DNA of 8,400 nucleotides from a virus (Duplodnaviria; Heunggongvirae; Uroviricota; Caudoviricetes): IMG/VR virus record IMGVR_UViG_2778261349_000002, positions 1 to 8,400 of that record; one strand, 5' to 3'. Shown piece by piece: positions 6,199 to 8,400 of this stretch (position 1 is its first letter; each line of letters starts with the position of its first letter). The notes under the pieces were generated by a model. It saw only the letters and a program-made list of their open reading frames with translations, ran no database searches and was not told where the DNA came from. The position numbers and the translations under genes were made by a program.

Positions 6199-6660
6199 AT
6201 GGGCGTACTCGAAATTAGTGCTCTTAGAATTAAGATGCTTCTGTTGGCAAAAGGCTGGAGCCAAGCAGAACTTGCGCGCAGAATTGGTATTGCTCAACAA
6301 TCCGTGCAACGGTGGGTTTGTGGTATCTCAAGCCCTACGGCAGCTAATCTAGATAAACTATCTGAAGTAACGGGACTTCCTCAGTATTGGTTTTTCTTAC
6401 CATTAAATGAAGAAAAAAAAGACAGGGCACAGGATATATTAAAAATAACCCCTAATCAAAAGGAACTACTTCAAACATTTGAGGCATTTCCAGAGGAAGA
6501 TCAACAGCAAATGCTTAAAGATATGAAGGAGAAAAAAGAAGCAATGGATCGTATAGTTGCAAGGTGGTTAGCAGCACAACAAAAAGTCAACCAAGCAGAA
6601 TACCAGCACTTACAAAACGAGGTTCACCATGAACACAACCCTTTCACCGATGGTTTCTGA
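6199..6660 (+). CDS. paaR: PaaR-like HTH transcriptional regulator, first gene of a three-component ParE-type TA operon (153 aa from ATG 6199; track start 6139 is a TTG)
   Basis: HTH (WSQAELARRIGIAQQSVQRWVCG). C-terminus TPNQKELLQTFEAFPEEDQQQMLKDMKEKKEAMDRIVARWLAAQ. Its 3' end overlaps the antitoxin start by 32 nt. Identification by context and memory of the paaR-paaA-parE systems described in E. coli O157:H7. Confidence 0.65.
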   Translation: MGVLEISALRIKMLLLAKGWSQAELARRIGIAQQSVQRWVCGISSPTAANLDKLSEVTGLPQYWFFLPLNEEKKDRAQDILKITPNQKELLQTFEAFPEEDQQQMLKDMKEKKEAMDRIVARWLAAQQKVNQAEYQHLQNEVHHEHNPFTDGF

Positions 6661-6820
6661 ATTTGAAACTGTCGAGCAAGAAAACAGTTACAACGAATGG
6701 CTGCGTGCGAAAGTAGCAGCGAGCCTTGCAGATCCGCGCCCAGCAATTCCCCATGACGAGGTTGAGCGTAGAATGGCAGAACGCTTTGCTAAAATGCGCA
6801 AGGAACGGAGTGAGCAGTAA
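6629..6820 (+). CDS. paaA: PaaA-type antitoxin of ParE (63 aa)
   Basis: 63 aa, same length as the PaaA2 antitoxin as recalled. GAGG SD with a 6-nt spacer. Its stop TAA is immediately followed by the toxin ATG (TAAATG). Confidence 0.75.
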   Translation: MNTTLSPMVSEFETVEQENSYNEWLRAKVAASLADPRPAIPHDEVERRMAERFAKMRKERSEQ

Positions 6821-7108
6821 ATGTTACCCGTGTTATGGCTTGAAAGCGCAGATACCGACTTGGATGATATAACCAGCTATATTGCACGCTTTGACATAGA
6901 TGCGGCAGAACGTTTATGGAAACGCTTAAGGACTTGCGTTCAGCCATTATCTGAGCATCCGTATTTATACCCGCCAAGTGACAGAGTGCCAGGTTTGCGT
7001 GAAATTGTAGCTCACCCCAATTACATTATTCTGTACCGAGTGACAATTTCAGGCATTGAAATTGTTAACGTAGTTCACGCCCGCCGACAGTTCCCTGTAA
7101 CACCTTAA
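6821..7108 (+). CDS. parE: ParE/RelE-superfamily toxin, 95 aa
   Basis: C-terminal ISGIEIVNVVHARRQFP and overall ParE-like pattern; tight coupling to the upstream small antitoxin. Confidence 0.8.
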   Translation: MLPVLWLESADTDLDDITSYIARFDIDAAERLWKRLRTCVQPLSEHPYLYPPSDRVPGLREIVAHPNYIILYRVTISGIEIVNVVHARRQFPVTP

Positions 7109-7130
7109 TCCCCCTAAAGCAAAACCTTCC

Positions 7131-7156
7131 CCCTCTCAAGAGGGAGGGTTATTCCT
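7131..7156 (+). terminator. Candidate intrinsic terminator after parE
   Basis: Stem 7131..7137 / 7142..7148 (7 bp with one G-U pair), loop aaga, followed by ttattcct. The U tract is imperfect. Confidence 0.35.
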
Positions 7157-7177
7157 GCCCAACAGTTAAGTTAGATA

Positions 7178-7205
7178 TTGACTGTTTAGTTTATTTTTGT
7201 ATAAA
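7178..7205 (+). promoter_or_regulatory. PL-like promoter, near-duplicate of the PR-like promoter
   Basis: TTGACT (7178..7183), 16-nt spacer, TATAAA (7200..7205), followed by C. Same -35, spacer length, -10 and shared TTTAGTT spacer motif as the PR-like promoter. Points away from the immunity region. Confidence 0.45.
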
Positions 7206-7385
7206 CTAATTTCACCAACCCACCCTGCCCCACAGAACGCCAGGCAATACTTCGAGTTACCCGGCAGTGGTCAGGGGTTAAGTAGCCAGCCCGAGGCGTA
7301 TGAACATGACGGCGGGAACACTTTATATAACAGCGCAGCAGGTTTTTAGTTCCGCGCCCCGGCGTTAAGGGGAAATGAGGTCAAC

Positions 7386-7538
7386 ATGGATACGCTCAAT
7401 CTTGGCAACAACGAATCTCTGGTATGCGGCGTGTTTCCCAACCAGGACGGCACGTTTACCGCGATGACGTATACCAGAAGCAAAACGTTTAAAACTGAAG
7501 CTGGCGCGCGTCGCTGGTTAGCAAGAAACTCTGACTAA
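7386..7538 (+). CDS. Small YdaF-like prophage protein, 50 aa (not in ORF track; translated by hand)
   Basis: ATG at 7386 preceded by GAGG with a 5-nt spacer; TAA at 7536..7538. Translation MDTLNLGNNESLVCGVFPNQDGTFTAMTYTRSKTFKTEAGARRWLARNSD. Resembles the small Rac YdaF-type protein from memory only. Confidence 0.5.
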   Translation: MDTLNLGNNESLVCGVFPNQDGTFTAMTYTRSKTFKTEAGARRWLARNSD

Positions 7539-7588
7539 TGAAGTCTGGTAGTTAAGGAATCCTCCACGGGGAGAACTGGTGCACACGC

Positions 7589-7626
7589 GCCGGACACAAG
7601 CAAGCATCCGGCATGCTCTTTAACAA
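7589..7626 (+). promoter_or_regulatory. Hairpin followed by an rrn-type boxA motif; candidate antitermination (nut-like) site or weak terminator
   Basis: Stem gccgga / tccggc (7589..7594 / 7607..7612) with a 12-nt loop, then TGCTCTTTAACAA at 7614..7626, which matches the E. coli rrn boxA as recalled. Lies on the predicted PL-like transcript just after the YdaF-like gene. Confidence 0.4.
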
Positions 7627-7637
7627 TCTGGATATCC
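7625..7637. repeat. Left copy of a 13-bp perfect inverted repeat (AATCTGGATATCC) flanking the AT-rich cassette
   Basis: Exact reverse-complement match to 8192..8204. Contains the palindrome GGATATCC. Sits 15 bp beyond the stop of the cassette gene. Confidence 0.4.
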
Positions 7638-7651
7638 ATAACAGTAACAAT

Positions 7652-8143
7652 CTACAGATTGCCGTTCAGTTTTCTGGCCAACTCCTCAATAGATGGAGGC
7701 GATACATAATCCGGATTTTTATTCATAAGAAACTGATTTTCACAGTAGAGGCACCTGCTTTTATGAAAAAACTCATGTTCTCTAACCGGGAATGGTTGAA
7801 GTATCGATACTATCTTTTGTCCAAAACATTTTGGACAAAGATGCATGATTATGCTGCCGCCGTTCACGGTTACCTCCTTCGAGTACACAAAAGTTCCCGA
7901 CTCAAGTTGGTTAAGGATATAACCTTCCGTCTGAGCCTCAAAGTTTTCAAATTCTGCAATTTTAGCTTTGAGAGAAGCATTTATTTCTTGATAAGTGCTC
8001 ACCAGCTCAACGAGAGACACGCATTCGTGCTGAATAGATGCAAGCTTTGAGTTCAGTTCACCAATAGCCGCATTTACTTCAGCTTGAGTTTTTGCCTCGT
8101 TCATTAGTTTTGCAATCTGAGCGGTTTCACGAATAGCCGTCAT
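7652..8143 (-). CDS. Coiled-coil plus C4 zinc-ribbon protein of unknown function (163 aa from ATG 8143; track ORF 7652..8209 starts at a TTG)
   Basis: N-terminal half is Ala/Glu/Lys/Gln-rich, consistent with a coiled coil. C-terminus carries CPKC ... CLYC (Cys-x2-Cys-x24-Cys-x2-Cys). About 40 percent GC against about 52 percent in flanking phage genes. The opposite-strand ORF 7613..8050 looks like its antisense shadow. Confidence 0.6.
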   Translation of the reverse strand: MTAIRETAQIAKLMNEAKTQAEVNAAIGELNSKLASIQHECVSLVELVSTYQEINASLKAKIAEFENFEAQTEGYILNQLESGTFVYSKEVTVNGGSIIMHLCPKCFGQKIVSILQPFPVREHEFFHKSRCLYCENQFLMNKNPDYVSPPSIEELARKLNGNL

Positions 8144-8156
8144 TGCTGCCGTTAAT

Positions 8157-8399
8157 TCAGCGATCACATTCAATACTCTTATTGTTGTTGGGGATATCCA
8201 GATTAACAAGATCCTTGTTGTTGGGGAATAACAGGTCCACCTCGCCTGACGTGGTTAAAAGCAGGCACACAACACGAAAGCGCTCGGCGAAGTTAGTCTC
8301 TCTGTATATGTCGTCGTTAAATGTAATTCGATCGTGCGCTTCCGGTTGTGGCAATCCGCGAAATGGCGCGGCGGTAAGTATGGCTGGGGCTTCCTCCAT
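8157..8399 (-). CDS. Hypothetical protein, probably C-terminal part of a gene that starts beyond the window end
   Basis: ORF track 8157..8399, but the listed ATG is 2 nt from the window edge so the frame may continue beyond it. Ends 13 nt upstream of ATG 8143 of the cassette gene. A competing plus-strand frame opens at ATG 8308 and runs off the window. Confidence 0.3.
   Translation of the reverse strand: MEEAPAILTAAPFRGLPQPEAHDRITFNDDIYRETNFAERFRVVCLLLTTSGEVDLLFPNNKDLVNLDIPNNNKSIECDR
8182..8228. repeat. Two direct repeats TTGTTGTTGGGGA (8182..8194 and 8215..8227) flanking the right copy of the 13-bp inverted repeat (8192..8204)
   Basis: Read directly. Repeats are 33 bp apart (about three helical turns), at the GC-to-AT composition boundary, upstream of the cassette gene start. 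Confidence 0.45.
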
Positions 8400-8400
8400 T

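Larger units (their letters stand above)
1..8400. mobile_element. Lambdoid (Rac-like) prophage segment: immunity region, replication module and nin-like region with embedded accessory modules
   Basis: Gene order cro-like, cII-like, O-like with iterons, P-like on one strand; divergent CI-like repressor; hok/sok and parE-type TA modules inserted as accessory genes. No integrase or att site visible, so prophage ends are outside the window. Confidence 0.8.

Noticed and set aside
5894-6977. Minus-strand ORFs 5894..6118, 6127..6309 and 6789..6977, and plus-strand 6149..6352
   Set aside because: Antisense or out of frame relative to the repressor, PaaR-like and ParE genes, which are better supported.
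7613-8050. Plus-strand 145-aa ORF in the AT-rich cassette
   Set aside because: Translation is dominated by Phe, Leu, Lys and Arg, as expected for the reverse strand of an Ala/Glu/Lys-rich coiled-coil gene. Its ATG sits inside the boxA-like motif.
7625-8204. Reading the 13-bp inverted repeats as terminal inverted repeats of an insertion sequence or MITE
   Set aside because: No transposase is encoded and no target-site duplication is visible outside the repeats; one 13-bp inverted repeat is also near chance expectation. Kept only as a cassette-boundary observation.
1-8400. tRNA, rRNA, integrase or attachment site
   Set aside because: No cloverleaf-like or rRNA-like sequence noticed and no integrase-like ORF; the prophage ends appear to lie outside this window.

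Overview
This window reads as the early/immunity region of a lambdoid (Rac-like) enterobacterial prophage, with several embedded accessory modules. All protein-family assignments are from reading the translations and from memory of known families; no database search was run. Starting mid-window and reading leftward on the minus strand, the early-right operon runs: Cro/YdaS-like HTH (5424..5705), YdaT-like cII analogue (4995..5420), O-like replication initiator with two internal iteron arrays and an adjacent AT-rich stretch (3895..4926), lambda-P-like helicase loader (3441..4103), a winged-helix protein, a small HTH protein, a DUF4406-like protein, two small acidic ORFs, a 171-aa hypothetical protein, a hok/mok/sok type I toxin-antitoxin locus, a 90-aa ORF and a gene truncated at the left edge. 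On the plus strand, divergent from cro, sit a CI-position HTH repressor (5808..6179) and, directly behind it, a paralogous HTH regulator heading a three-gene paaR-paaA-parE-type toxin-antitoxin operon (6199..7108). Further right are a PL-like promoter nearly identical to the PR-like one, a 50-aa YdaF-like ORF, a hairpin followed by an rrn-type boxA motif, and an AT-rich cassette on the minus strand encoding a coiled-coil plus C4 zinc-ribbon protein, bracketed by 13-bp perfect inverted repeats. The best candidates for something undescribed are that cassette, the paralogous repressor/TA-regulator pair, and the tandem small acidic proteins. Several ORF-track starts are non-ATG codons; I re-called starts where an ATG with a Shine-Dalgarno was visible.
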